Notes: a model not told the origin generated them from the sequence alone. A DNA stretch of 64,000 nucleotides from Promethearchaeota archaeon (GCA_019057865.1 JAHLWP010000016.1:1-64000), one strand, 5' to 3'. Positions 9,527 to 19,761 are shown, counted from the stretch's first letter. Numbers and translations: made by a program.

Positions 9527-10027
9527 ATGATTTTTATACCCGATAGTTCTTTCTTTATAGCCATAATATCTGAATTAGAAGAAATAAAATTACTTAAAAG
9601 AATATTGGATATTGAGAATAATCGAATTATATTAACAAATGAAGTCTATAATGAAATCAAAGATACGAAGAATTCAGATCAATTAATGTCATTAATTCAA
9701 AATAAAATTATAATTCTTAAAAAAAAAATTAATAATCGAGATTTTGAAAATTATTGTAGAGAAAATTATACGCTTAATATTGGTGAATTATCTGTTATTT
9801 ATATTGGAAATGAATTAAAAATAACAACTCAAGACTATTATTGTATAATTGATGAGAAAAAAGCGAGAAAATTATCAAAAGAAGAAAATTTAAAATTATG
9901 TGGTACAATAGGGTTTTTAGAATATCTTTTAAATCTGAATCTAATATCTAAAAATGAATTCAAAAATTATTTAAAAATACTAAAACTTAAAGGATTTCGA
10001 TTACCAAAAGCCTATAATAAATTATAA
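9527..10027 (+). CDS. PIN-domain nuclease (DUF3368-like), putative toxin
   Basis: DSSFFI, GELSVI, IIDEKKAR, GTIGFL and GFRL motifs. Confidence 0.85.
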   Translation: MIFIPDSSFFIAIISELEEIKLLKRILDIENNRIILTNEVYNEIKDTKNSDQLMSLIQNKIIILKKKINNRDFENYCRENYTLNIGELSVIYIGNELKITTQDYYCIIDEKKARKLSKEENLKLCGTIGFLEYLLNLNLISKNEFKNYLKILKLKGFRLPKAYNKL

Positions 10028-10238
10028 TATTTTTTAGATAACTTACTTTATTAATTAATTCAGAGTTTATCGTTTTATTACAAAAATCGCAATTAAATTG
10101 ATTATCAGGATAAGGAATATTTTTAGTAATTTTCATTCCCTTATCTGTAAATGTCCCGAATTTAATAGAACGATGTTTAAAGTATTCATGAGCTCGATTT
10201 ACTTTAACTAAATAGATTTTTTCTTCAGGTTCATACAT
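9987..10238 (-). CDS. Hypothetical protein with CxxC
   Basis: Third of three tightly packed minus-strand ORFs; CDFC. Confidence 0.4.
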   Translation of the reverse strand: MYEPEEKIYLVKVNRAHEYFKHRSIKFGTFTDKGMKITKNIPYPDNQFNCDFCNKTINSELINKVSYLKNIIIYYRLLVIEIL

Positions 10239-10244
10239 TTCTAT

Positions 10245-10448
10245 TCACTTTCTTTTATTACCATTTCTGATTTCTTTTAGTAAATTAGAGATTTTAATTT
10301 TTTCAATGTTATTTTTTACATCTCGAACAACTTTTATATATTTCTCGCCAATCGTAATATTTCCTAAGAATATCCCTATATTTTGCCTCATGAATGTATC
10401 AGCTTCAGAGGGACCTATAATTTCAAACTCTTCAACAATCTTGGGCAA
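10245..10448 (-). CDS. Hypothetical protein
   Basis: GAGGTG Shine-Dalgarno upstream of TTG start. Confidence 0.55.
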   Translation of the reverse strand: MPKIVEEFEIIGPSEADTFMRQNIGIFLGNITIGEKYIKVVRDVKNNIEKIKISNLLKEIRNGNKRK

Positions 10449-10668
10449 ATTGAATTACACCTCTTTGTATTTTGCAATTGAATTCTCTAAATCTCTTATT
10501 TGAAAATTCTTTCAATTGATTTCTGTCAAGTAAAGCTATTGAATGTCTAGTATGTTTAATTAGAAAATCTTTTACTTTCATTGTATTTTCAAAATTACCT
10601 GGAATACATTGAATTATATCCTTGCAATCGAAACAGGTATAATACTTTTTGAATTGTTTTTCTTTCAT
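10432..10668 (-). CDS. Small putative Zn-binding protein
   Basis: CFDC...HTRH pattern. Confidence 0.55.
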   Translation of the reverse strand: MKEKQFKKYYTCFDCKDIIQCIPGNFENTMKVKDFLIKHTRHSIALLDRNQLKEFSNKRFREFNCKIQRGVIQFAQDC

Positions 10669-11056
10669 TTTAAAACAACTTTTATTTTTATATTTCGATA
10701 ATTATAAAGATTGAGTGTTGACCAAAAATATAGAAAAAAGAAAGTCAAAGGCGAAATTATTCCAAAAGACAAAAATCCAGGTGGCTAACACTCGAAATAA
10801 AGGATTAGTATTATTTTTTACCATTATTGTTGATACTTTCTTCTAAAAGTGAATATTCATTAATAAGATAATTTATAGATTCAATTTTCTTTCTTAATTG
10901 ATTTATTTTTTCCAATTTCCTATAATCCCTTTTTTGTTAATGTAATACTTAGTGTTTATTAAGTATAATACATTGAGAATATTTAAAGTTTTTTTATGGT
11001 ATATTAAATTAATAATAAAATGTTATAAATAGAATCGAGAAAATAATAGTATAATT

Positions 11057-11221
11057 ATGAAAAAAAATAATATAATTATGGAGAAATTGATCTATAAAAT
11101 TGTTAAAAAACCATCGAAAAAGGGAAAAAATTATTATTTTAGTATTCCTATTGAATTTATCCGATCAGGAAAAATTGATCCAAAAAAGGAGTATGAGATT
11201 CTCGTTTTTGAAATAGAATAA
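11057..11221 (+). CDS. Small 54-aa AbrB-fold-like protein, not in the ORF track
   Basis: MKKNNIIMEKLIYKIVKKPSKKGKNYYFSIPIEFIRSGKIDPKKEYEILVFEIE. Confidence 0.6.
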   Translation: MKKNNIIMEKLIYKIVKKPSKKGKNYYFSIPIEFIRSGKIDPKKEYEILVFEIE

Positions 11222-11229
11222 TTATAATT

Positions 11230-12141
11230 TTAAATTAATTTAATTTTTAAATGTTTTATTAGATAATTTTCAATTTGTTTATATGTATATCTTAACGATG
11301 TTTCTGAAATCCCAGAAACTTTAGCTATTTCCTTTTGGGTAAAATAAATATTACTCCTTTTACAGACTAAATAAATAACTGCAACACACACCACTTTAGG
11401 ATCCCTACCTATTGCAAATTGTTTTAAAGATTGTAAAATATCAAAAACTTTTTTTTCAATATCAGGACCTAATTTTAATCCATTAATAAATCTCGAGACA
11501 AATATATTAGGACCTAAAGGAATTAATTTTAATTTTAATTCTTTAATTAAAACTTTAAAACAATTCCTAGCTATTTTTTCTTTTATACTGGCCTTATTAA
11601 CTATTTCTTGAAATAGGATAGGAATTTTAAATGTTCTACATGCAAAAAATAGAGAGGCACAGACCATTCCTATAATGGATCTTCCTTTAATTAAACCTTT
11701 TTTTAAAGCTTTTCTATAAATAAAAATTGCATGACTTTTTATGTTGTATGATAACTTTAACTTACTACTAATTAACTTTAAATATCTTATCGCAATTAGA
11801 AGATTTCTCACTTCAGAGTCATTATTATAATAATCTAAGTTTGCTATTCGATTAAAATCCTTGTTCTTAATTTCATACTTTTTTATTATAGTATTTAAAT
11901 AGGGTTTTGGAGTAAAAAGAGTATTAACAAAACCAGAACTAAGCCTATCTCTTATTTCTTCATAAGAAAACATATTCTTATCAAAATTAGAAATGTCTAA
12001 GGCTTTTTCACTTACTACTAACCCACATTGTTCACAAATAGTATCACCTCTATATGAATCAGAAATAATACCATTCTTACATTCAGGACATTCAAAAATA
12101 TTTTGATTATTCTCAAGAAAAGTTTTTCTAGTTTGAGTTAT
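11230..12141 (-). CDS. tfb: Transcription factor B (TFIIB) paralogue, extended upstream to include the Zn ribbon; probable ATA start
   Basis: Cyclin repeats (GLIKGRSI, GRDP, TQKEIAKVSGISETSLR); the frame stays open upstream of 11973 and encodes CPECKNG...TICEQCGLVV; GAGGG precedes ATA at 12141. Confidence 0.85.
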   Translation of the reverse strand: MTQTRKTFLENNQNIFECPECKNGIISDSYRGDTICEQCGLVVSEKALDISNFDKNMFSYEEIRDRLSSGFVNTLFTPKPYLNTIIKKYEIKNKDFNRIANLDYYNNDSEVRNLLIAIRYLKLISSKLKLSYNIKSHAIFIYRKALKKGLIKGRSIIGMVCASLFFACRTFKIPILFQEIVNKASIKEKIARNCFKVLIKELKLKLIPLGPNIFVSRFINGLKLGPDIEKKVFDILQSLKQFAIGRDPKVVCVAVIYLVCKRSNIYFTQKEIAKVSGISETSLRYTYKQIENYLIKHLKIKLI

Positions 12142-12537
12142 TAGGATCCCTCTGAATTTTGTTTAATTTATATAGAAAATCCATAAACATTATTCATAAA
12201 AACATTAAAATTATTAAACATATGTATAAAGAATCATTAAAATATGAAATTTTTAAAATTTTACTCATGATTATTTTTTATCTACTCAATTTTGGAGATA
12301 TATCTCTTTTACTTTTATTTATAGTTACACCATTAATTTATTAAAATACAACATTTTTTGACTATTTCAGACCTACCCATTTTTGAGTAATAAAGAAATT
12401 AAATTAAATTGGAAAACCACAATATTTGCAAATATCCTCATCTTCCCCATATTCCCCATCTCTACCACAGTGAAAGCATACCTTAACAATTAGATAATCA
12501 TCATTATCATTATCTTTAAAAAATCTTCTAAACATTT

Positions 12538-13797
12538 TTAAACTCTTGAAATATCAATATTCTTTGGATTATTATAATCGATTTGAATTTGTTTTACTTT
12601 ATTGTTATAATTATCAAATATCAAAAGAACCAAATGAATTTTATAATCTAATGATTGTAATAATGCCCTCTCTAATTCTGGTCTTAGCTCTTCTTTTGTT
12701 AACCAATATGGTTTGCGATTAATTTTTATATTTTTAAGAGAATAAATATAAAGGTCTTTCCCATCCTTAGTATATGCTAATATATCAGCTTCTCCTTTTC
12801 CGGCTTCTTTTATTACTTTTTCAAATAATCCTGATTCTTTTAAACGCTTTTCGACAAAATCTTCAAAAAGTTTCCCCTTATAATAATTTATGGATCCAGA
12901 TACTTTTTTCAGGACCATACTAATTGAGTTAAACTTAATACCAAAATTCTCAGCAAGTTCATCTAAATATTTCCCTTTTTTTCTTTCTTGATAAATAGTT
13001 ATATCCCTGTTAATATCGTGCCATTTTTCATTTTTTCTTATTAAATCAAATATTTGTTCATTAGTATATCGAAAATCTCGAAAATCTAAATCTTCAAGAA
13101 ATTTTGGATTTTTTCTCTTTTCTTCATAAATTATATCATATTCATAATTCTTGATGTGATCGAAAATCTCCATTAAATCTCCTGTAACTAAATATCCTTT
13201 ATTAACTGTTTTTTCACACAATTTAAGATAAACTTTAGTAAAAAGAACACAACGTTCCCAACCTCCTGGTTTATAAGAATCTAATTTTTTTAAATCTGGT
13301 TGTTCTTTAAGTTTATTAATTCGATAATTAAAAATTTCAATAAGACCTTTATTTTTTTCAAGTGAATTACAATTGAATATTAAATCAGGTTCATTATAAA
13401 TAGAATCTATCAAACTAAAATGATAATGTTCAAATTCTATCTCTGAGACTCCAGGAGGAGGTCCATCCCACCAACGATCATGTAATTCATGCATTTCTTT
13501 TTTGTCTTTTTTGTATTTGTCACTATTTCGATATTCCTCATCACTTCTATTCTTGAATATTTTTTTTTCACATTCATCATATTTTTGCAAAATTGGTTCT
13601 GCATATTCATGAATTCTATTTAATAGCTCAATATCTTTATCTGATTCTCTAAGATTTTCGATTCTTGTCTCTAAACTTGACTCATTAGCTTGAATTAGTG
13701 TAGGATCATCAGAATAAATAATTTTATTATATGTCTTAACATATTCTTTATACCATTCTTCAGGCTTAATATTAGTTATTTGTTCAATTTTTAACAT
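12538..13797 (-). CDS. Helical N-terminal domain + HTH + C-terminal PD-(D/E)xK-like nuclease
   Basis: LDELAENFGIKFNSISMVLKK HTH; GKLFEDFVEKRL...GEADILAY...IYSLK nuclease-like motifs. Confidence 0.65.
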   Translation of the reverse strand: MLKIEQITNIKPEEWYKEYVKTYNKIIYSDDPTLIQANESSLETRIENLRESDKDIELLNRIHEYAEPILQKYDECEKKIFKNRSDEEYRNSDKYKKDKKEMHELHDRWWDGPPPGVSEIEFEHYHFSLIDSIYNEPDLIFNCNSLEKNKGLIEIFNYRINKLKEQPDLKKLDSYKPGGWERCVLFTKVYLKLCEKTVNKGYLVTGDLMEIFDHIKNYEYDIIYEEKRKNPKFLEDLDFRDFRYTNEQIFDLIRKNEKWHDINRDITIYQERKKGKYLDELAENFGIKFNSISMVLKKVSGSINYYKGKLFEDFVEKRLKESGLFEKVIKEAGKGEADILAYTKDGKDLYIYSLKNIKINRKPYWLTKEELRPELERALLQSLDYKIHLVLLIFDNYNNKVKQIQIDYNNPKNIDISRV

Positions 13798-14073
13798 TAT
13801 TATTTCACAATGTTTTATTTTTTATTTATTTTTTTGAAATTATTTTGGTTTTTTCTATAATATATAGGGATGTCTTCATTTTTATAATTACTTCAAATTT
13901 CAACATTTCAAAAAAAGGGTTTGAACATCCTTACCTAGCGGTAAATCTAATTTTTATCATTTTCTATTATAAAAATTATATTCTCGTATATTTTTATATA
14001 TATATTTATATTAATACTTATTAATTTTTTGAATAATAGCTTAATCTGTCATTTCATTGTTTATTGAAGTAAT

Positions 14074-14092
14074 ACGAAAGTGCTTATAAAAA
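14074..14092 (+). promoter_or_regulatory. Candidate BRE/TATA promoter for the repeat array
   Basis: ACGAAAG followed by TTATAAAAA about 75 bp before repeat 1. Confidence 0.45.
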
Positions 14093-14165
14093 GGGATTAG
14101 AACGCTTAGAAATACTAAACTCGTCTCTTTTGGCTCTACCTATTTAAAAATAAGAGAAATTTAGT

Positions 14166-14375
14166 AAAATACCCTTGCAGGTAGAGATTAAATGATCGGT
14201 AAATTATTTTTACCGATCTTTTTATTAAAATACCCTTGCAGGTAGAGATTAAATTTTTGATAGCTGGATAAATTTGGACACCTTCGAAAATACCCTTGCA
14301 GGTAGAGATTAAATATAATAGGTGGGTACATTTTGTACCCTCCTCTTAAAATACCCTTGCAGGTAGAGATTAAAT
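14166..14375 (+). CRISPR. CRISPR-like mini-array: 4 identical 28-bp repeats with 33/32/33-bp unique spacers; no cas genes in window
   Basis: AAAATACCCTTGCAGGTAGAGATTAAAT at 14166, 14227, 14287 and 14348. Confidence 0.7.
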
Positions 14376-14380
14376 ATTTT

Positions 14381-14430
14381 GAAGGCGTTATTTCAGATCA
14401 CGCCTTCCCTACGATGCCTTCTTTTTTTTT
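14381..14430 (+). terminator. Hairpin and T-run closing the array
   Basis: GAAGGCGT-N11-ACGCCTTC, then a T9 run ending at 14430. Confidence 0.45.
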
Positions 14431-15001
14431 ATTAAGAGAATATAATATGATTTATCTATCTTGGAAAATAAAATTAATAAATTCTCCTGATAATATTTTT
14501 TTGCAATAAAATTTTAAAAACCGTATTTGAATTTTGAGATTAGAACCTTTCTATACTTCTTTAAGATTATTATTAAGTTTAAAATCTGTATAAATACCAA
14601 TTAAACCCGTATTTATATCCTAGTATTAGAAGCTTTCTATACCTAAAAAAATAAATATTTATAGATAAATTTGGTATAAAAAATATATTGTTATTAATCT
14701 TGAAAATTTTTACTGTCCATTACTCCAGGATAAAAATTAAATCAAAAGATTCAAATTACATTTTCATACGATTTTAAGTCAATTAATCCCCGTTTTTAGA
14801 ACGATTTTTCAAAAAGTAATGAAATTATGTTAATTTTTATTTCTCAAAAAAATCGATAATGTTTATTAAAAAAATAAATAAATACTCCTGAAGAATTTTT
14901 TATGGCCATACAAAAATTAAGAAAAATAAAATGTTGATATAATTTTTTTATTTGTTTTAGGTCCAGAAAAAATTTTATAAAAATTTTTGTTAATCTGCTG
15001 A

Positions 15002-15860
15002 TGATCATTTTCAATAATTCCTGATCAAATTCGATAATGAATGATCAAAAAGGATAAAAACTTATAAAATATAAGAAATGTTATATAATTATCTTTTTTC
15101 CATTGCAAAAGTTGGATTTTTCTTTCTTTAAATAGCTTTTTGCGTTGTATTCATATTTCAATTCCCTACATTATTTATCAAAACGAATCCATAGATTTCA
15201 TGGATTATACATAAATAAAATAAGATGATTAATTTCAATAGCTATAATTTTTTTCATTTATATATCAATTTTCTTAAATAAATGTTAATCATTATATGTG
15301 TGTATTTTTTCGTCTTTTTTTCATTACATTATTACAATGGGTTTAGAAGCTTTATAACCCCCAAGATTTAAGGAATTTTTGTAATGATTGAATTATTACA
15401 AGTTATTACAAATTTTCTGAAAATTTTATATATAAGAGGATTACCCAAATTAAAGAGATCTTAAAGGATGTTGAAAATAGCTCTATGACAAGTCTTATTG
15501 AGATTGATATAATTTAATAAATAATGAATTTATATAATGATAAGTATAATTATCTTAAAGAATATATTGTTTTTTGGAAAATAGATATATATATAATTTA
15601 ATACTTAGATAACCCAAAGTTTATTATAATTGGATTAGGGGTTTTATACACTTCAAATTCTTGATTTTTTAAGTTGTAATATTACAATTCATTTTGTAAT
15701 GATTGTATATTATTACAAATTTTTTGAAAAAGCTTTGAATAGAACATGAGAAGAAAAAGAAAAATAATTTGTAATAATGTAATGATGATATTTATATTTT
15801 CTTACAAATTATTAGATTAATATATTAGTGAATATTGAATGATCAAATTCGATCATTTTC
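15002..15860. other. Putative replication origin of the element (iteron cluster)
   Basis: Many TTGTAAT/ATTACAA motifs; 17-bp inverted repeat 15321-15337/15769-15785; palindrome 15674-15687; lies downstream of the helicase operon. Confidence 0.6.
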
Positions 15861-15959
15861 AAAGAAAAATTGAAAATAAAAAAAAATATATGGAAAAACA
15901 AGCTCTAAACAATAAAAAATAGAAAAGAATTATAAAAAAGAATAAAATTAAGTTTTTGT

Positions 15960-16352
15960 TTATCTCTTCTCAGCTTCTATAAAAGCAATAAATACATTAA
16001 TTTTTGTTTTATTATTATAATAATAGATATATTTTATATCTGAAACTACCATATTAGTTTTATTATAGAATTCAATTGTATCATTAATTCTTTCTTCTAA
16101 CTCTATATTATCATTGGCAACACGCACTTGAATACCCTGAATATCTCGTCTTCTTTTAATATAATTCTTATGTATCTTTTTTATCTCTTTGTTTGTTTTT
16201 TCTGAAATATCCTGGAAAAAGAAACGTAATTCCCTCTCAAACGAGGTTTCTATATTATCCAAAAAAGAAGTAATTAAACCCGAAATACTATAACCCTCAC
16301 TCTCTAAATGTTTTTTTATTATATTAAATAAATTTTCTTCATTTACACTCAT
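15960..16352 (-). CDS. Hypothetical protein
   Basis: 130 aa ORF starting 3 bp after the helicase stop. Confidence 0.65.
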   Translation of the reverse strand: MSVNEENLFNIIKKHLESEGYSISGLITSFLDNIETSFERELRFFFQDISEKTNKEIKKIHKNYIKRRRDIQGIQVRVANDNIELEERINDTIEFYNKTNMVVSDIKYIYYYNNKTKINVFIAFIEAEKR

Positions 16353-16355
16353 CTT

Positions 16356-18752
16356 TTAAGGCTCACCATATTCAATATCCCCCCCATCCCCATCCAATTT
16401 TAAATTTAATAAATTTTCTTTTTTAAAATAAATTAAGTTATCATTCGTTTCATCCGGGATAATTACCTCATTATCCCAGAGATAATCAAAAGCCTTTTCA
16501 ATCAAATTCTCATTATATTTTCTTCCTAAGATTTGCTTTAATGCATTCTCTTCTAATCCCTTGAAGTCATTCGATTCAAAAGCCTTTTCAATTCTTTCTA
16601 TAATTCCCTTTTCTCTTTTAATTTTTTCATCATAATCCATTTTCTTTTTAATCTTATCGAGATAAACCATCTTCTCTTTAATTTCATTGAGATAAAATAT
16701 AATACCCCATATTGGTTTATCAAAAGAAGTTTCGCTCTCTTGGTCAATTACTCTTTCTGATCCTGTTTCAATTCTTCTCATTAACAATCGTGATTCCATA
16801 TTTGCTATAGTAGTTAAATGCTTTAAAGGTTCATATCTTCTCACTCCTGCCCATTTATCATACTCATTAATAAAATCCCTTCCTAACACAATTTCTTTGT
16901 CATTTTTGTTGTTAAAATATCTCTTAAAAGCACTTTTTGGATCTTCATAGAAATCGACAATTCTCCCAAAATCTTGCAATGAATAGATTTGTTCAATTTC
17001 TTCCAAATCAATTATAAATTGTAAAAACATATTATTTTCTTCAAAATCTATTACTTTACTCAATATATCTACATTTAGTTTGTGCTTATTAAATAAATAT
17101 CGCCAAAAATATAAACCCACTAAAATTAAGCTATAAATTGTTATCCTTCTCGGGTCAATATACTCATTGCCGAATTTTTTTAAGAAGTAATCAATTAGCC
17201 TTTCTTTTATATTATCTATGAAATTTGTAAATTTTTCATAAGACGCATTTTCAATTAAATTGTCTGTTTTTTTAATGAATTCAAGTGCATTCTTTAATAG
17301 ATAATATCCGAATATCTTACCCTGTTTAATTTCTTTTATATTTTCATCAAATTTTTTAAAGCCTTTATCTTTAAGTATATCGACACGTTTAAACGCCCGA
17401 AATGTTAATGCTCTTATTCTAAAAGCCATATTATCCTCTCCTTGTATGAAATCATCTTCATTGGCAGTTCCCATAAATGAAGCATATACTTCTTCACGCA
17501 AAATTTCTTGTTTATCTTTGCCACCCATTCGTATTCTTCCCTTTTTTCGTGTACTTATTGATTTTATAAAACTCATTTGAATCTCTTTTAATTCATCCAT
17601 ATCATCAATAGGTAGGGGAGTAGTATGACTTGTTGGTATCTTGCTTAATCTGGCTTGACTATTTACATCATCTGCATTTTGTAATTCAGTTCCATAGATT
17701 ATATTTCCCATTAATTCAAAAAAGGTTGTTTTCCCTGTTCCAGGAGGGGCAATCCAAAAAAGGTTTGGAAATATATCCAAATAATCTTTAAGTGCATAGA
17801 AAAAAGGTGAAATTGCTATATATCCACTTGTTATTAATCTTACTGATAATGGCAGACTGTTATTATGGATAATTTCATAAAAGGGGGTTGTTAAATCTCC
17901 ATTTGTATCTATTCCTTTCTTCTCACAAAAACTAATTATTTCTTTTTGAAAGTCATTTTCCCCATATAATTTAATATTTTTGATTCCTGGATATATTATT
18001 TTTAATTCCTTATTTTGTGTAAGAAACACTCCTATTGTAGGAAACATCGAAATCGGTTCTAAATTATATTTTTTTTCATAACCTCTCAAAATAATGCTTA
18101 TGAAATTTTTATATTCTTTCCCTGTTACATAGCTATAATTCCTTTTATTATCAATAAAATCTAACAAATCACTTTTAGATAAACATCTCTCTTCTGCCCC
18201 TATTTTTACTTCATAAAACCTTTCCTCATTTTGAGTCAAATAAAGACATGTTAAGTCAAATGGAACATCCAAAATAGGTGTGTCAAAATTCATCTCATAG
18301 AATTCATCGGTATTCTTAATTTTATATTTCTTTATTTGTCGGTATATTATCCCCCCTTTTGTGCTTAATAATTTATAAATTCCCCCTCTTGGTTTTTCTG
18401 CAACAATAATAGATAATAATGGTATTTCTTCTCCTTTCTCCTCTTCTTCTTCTTTCTCATATTTAACCACAGTTACCCTATATTGATCCCAGAGTTCATC
18501 AAAAGCTCTTTTTGGTAAAATTCCTTTTTCTGCTAAGAGATTTCTAGTATTGTTCTTACACATAATATCATTAATTCGAATTTGATGAATTAAACTAATT
18601 AAATCTGTAGTTTGAATATCATTATCAATTCTGTTGAACCACTCATATAATTCATTCCATTTGCTTGGATATGGTGTTAACTCCTCAGTTTCTTCATATA
18701 TTCGTTGTAAATATGTAGAATGTTCATACCAATTCTTTTTATTATCTGACAT
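16356..18752 (-). CDS. Mobile-element replication helicase (SF3/DUF927-Cch-like AAA+ ATPase)
   Basis: Walker A APPGTGKTT, Walker B LPIDDMDE, sensor GTANE; no obvious primase motifs. Confidence 0.75.
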   Translation of the reverse strand: MSDNKKNWYEHSTYLQRIYEETEELTPYPSKWNELYEWFNRIDNDIQTTDLISLIHQIRINDIMCKNNTRNLLAEKGILPKRAFDELWDQYRVTVVKYEKEEEEEKGEEIPLLSIIVAEKPRGGIYKLLSTKGGIIYRQIKKYKIKNTDEFYEMNFDTPILDVPFDLTCLYLTQNEERFYEVKIGAEERCLSKSDLLDFIDNKRNYSYVTGKEYKNFISIILRGYEKKYNLEPISMFPTIGVFLTQNKELKIIYPGIKNIKLYGENDFQKEIISFCEKKGIDTNGDLTTPFYEIIHNNSLPLSVRLITSGYIAISPFFYALKDYLDIFPNLFWIAPPGTGKTTFFELMGNIIYGTELQNADDVNSQARLSKIPTSHTTPLPIDDMDELKEIQMSFIKSISTRKKGRIRMGGKDKQEILREEVYASFMGTANEDDFIQGEDNMAFRIRALTFRAFKRVDILKDKGFKKFDENIKEIKQGKIFGYYLLKNALEFIKKTDNLIENASYEKFTNFIDNIKERLIDYFLKKFGNEYIDPRRITIYSLILVGLYFWRYLFNKHKLNVDILSKVIDFEENNMFLQFIIDLEEIEQIYSLQDFGRIVDFYEDPKSAFKRYFNNKNDKEIVLGRDFINEYDKWAGVRRYEPLKHLTTIANMESRLLMRRIETGSERVIDQESETSFDKPIWGIIFYLNEIKEKMVYLDKIKKKMDYDEKIKREKGIIERIEKAFESNDFKGLEENALKQILGRKYNENLIEKAFDYLWDNEVIIPDETNDNLIYFKKENLLNLKLDGDGGDIEYGEP

Positions 18753-18755
18753 TTT

Positions 18756-19034
18756 TTATTTCCCTCTCATTATTTTTAATATATTTTTTTCAACTTCTTT
18801 TTTCATCTCTGAAATATTGTAGATCTGTTCTTTCTTCTTTCTCTTATTCTTGGAAACATATTTTCGAATAGCTACTTCCTTCTTTTCCTCAAAGAATAAA
18901 TCTTTACATATGCTATCACAAAAGATACCATGTTTTATTCGCATTTCACAAAACAAGCATTTTCCCTTAAGGAAATCAAATGTTCCGTTAATAATATTAA
19001 GATAATTATTTTCTCTTTTCTTCTTTTTACTCAA
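18756..19034 (-). CDS. Small Zn-finger protein
   Basis: CLFC...FCDSIC; GAGGT SD upstream of TTG. Confidence 0.6.
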   Translation of the reverse strand: MSKKKKRENNYLNIINGTFDFLKGKCLFCEMRIKHGIFCDSICKDLFFEEKKEVAIRKYVSKNKRKKKEQIYNISEMKKEVEKNILKIMRGK

Positions 19035-19206
19035 TTTTAACCTCTACCTCTCTTTTTTTTCTTTAAATTTACAATCTCCTTTCTTGTCAAATTCAATCCG
19101 GAAATTACAATCATTATCAATATAGTCTTCTATTTCTTCATCGTGCTTTATTTTATATTTAACCTTTTGAGGTGCTAATCTCCCATCTTTGTCGAACATC
19201 AAATTT

Positions 19207-19515
19207 TCAATCACTCTCCAGGAATTTTTCCAAAGTGTTTTTCAATTTTTTATTTTCAAAATCTTTGGTTATTTTAAATGTGATATAAAAATTCTTTATT
19301 TTCTTAAATTCTTTTTCAATACGGATATATACATTATATCCTTTGTTTATTAGACCATAGATATATACCTTAAATCCTTCAAAAACTAAATCCTCTAATT
19401 CTTTAATATCATAAACGGATACCTTAATCCATCTACCACTAAGAAGTGTTTTAGCTTTATCAAATTTAGAAAAATCTCGTGGCATTTTCTCCTTTTTAAC
19501 AGAAAAAAGGTTCAA
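19207..19515 (-). CDS. Hypothetical protein (start probably MPRDF)
   Basis: GGAG SD before the internal ATG; part of the minus-strand operon. Confidence 0.5.
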   Translation of the reverse strand: MNLFSVKKEKMPRDFSKFDKAKTLLSGRWIKVSVYDIKELEDLVFEGFKVYIYGLINKGYNVYIRIEKEFKKIKNFYITFKITKDFENKKLKNTLEKFLESD

Positions 19516-19761
19516 ATATTAACAAACATTAATATTCAGGGAGAAATAATCTTCATTTGAGATAAAAAATACCCTCTCTGGTGTTTTGTCTCAAACTATT
19601 TCTCCTTTTTTTCTGTATTAAAACCCCTCGATTCTTTTAATTTTGAAAGATTTAATAACACAAAGTCCTGCTCCTTTTTCAAATCTTCCTCATCTTCATT
19701 TAATCGTTCCAATTTTTCAAAAAGTAAATTAAGATTAGAATAAATGATTTCTTTAATGTCT

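Noticed and set aside
12404-12525. Zn-ribbon-like frame CFHCG...CKYCG on the minus strand
   Set aside because: No standard start codon before the upstream stop; at best a remnant, so not called as a gene.
13939-13958. Partial match of spacer 1 upstream of the nuclease gene (self-targeting)
   Set aside because: Only 8 contiguous bases plus gapped A/T matches in very AT-rich DNA.
19036-19049. 13/14 match to the reverse complement of the array repeat
   Set aside because: It coincides with the GAGGT Shine-Dalgarno region of ORF 18756-19034; similar GAGGTAGA occurs before another gene, so it is probably coincidental.
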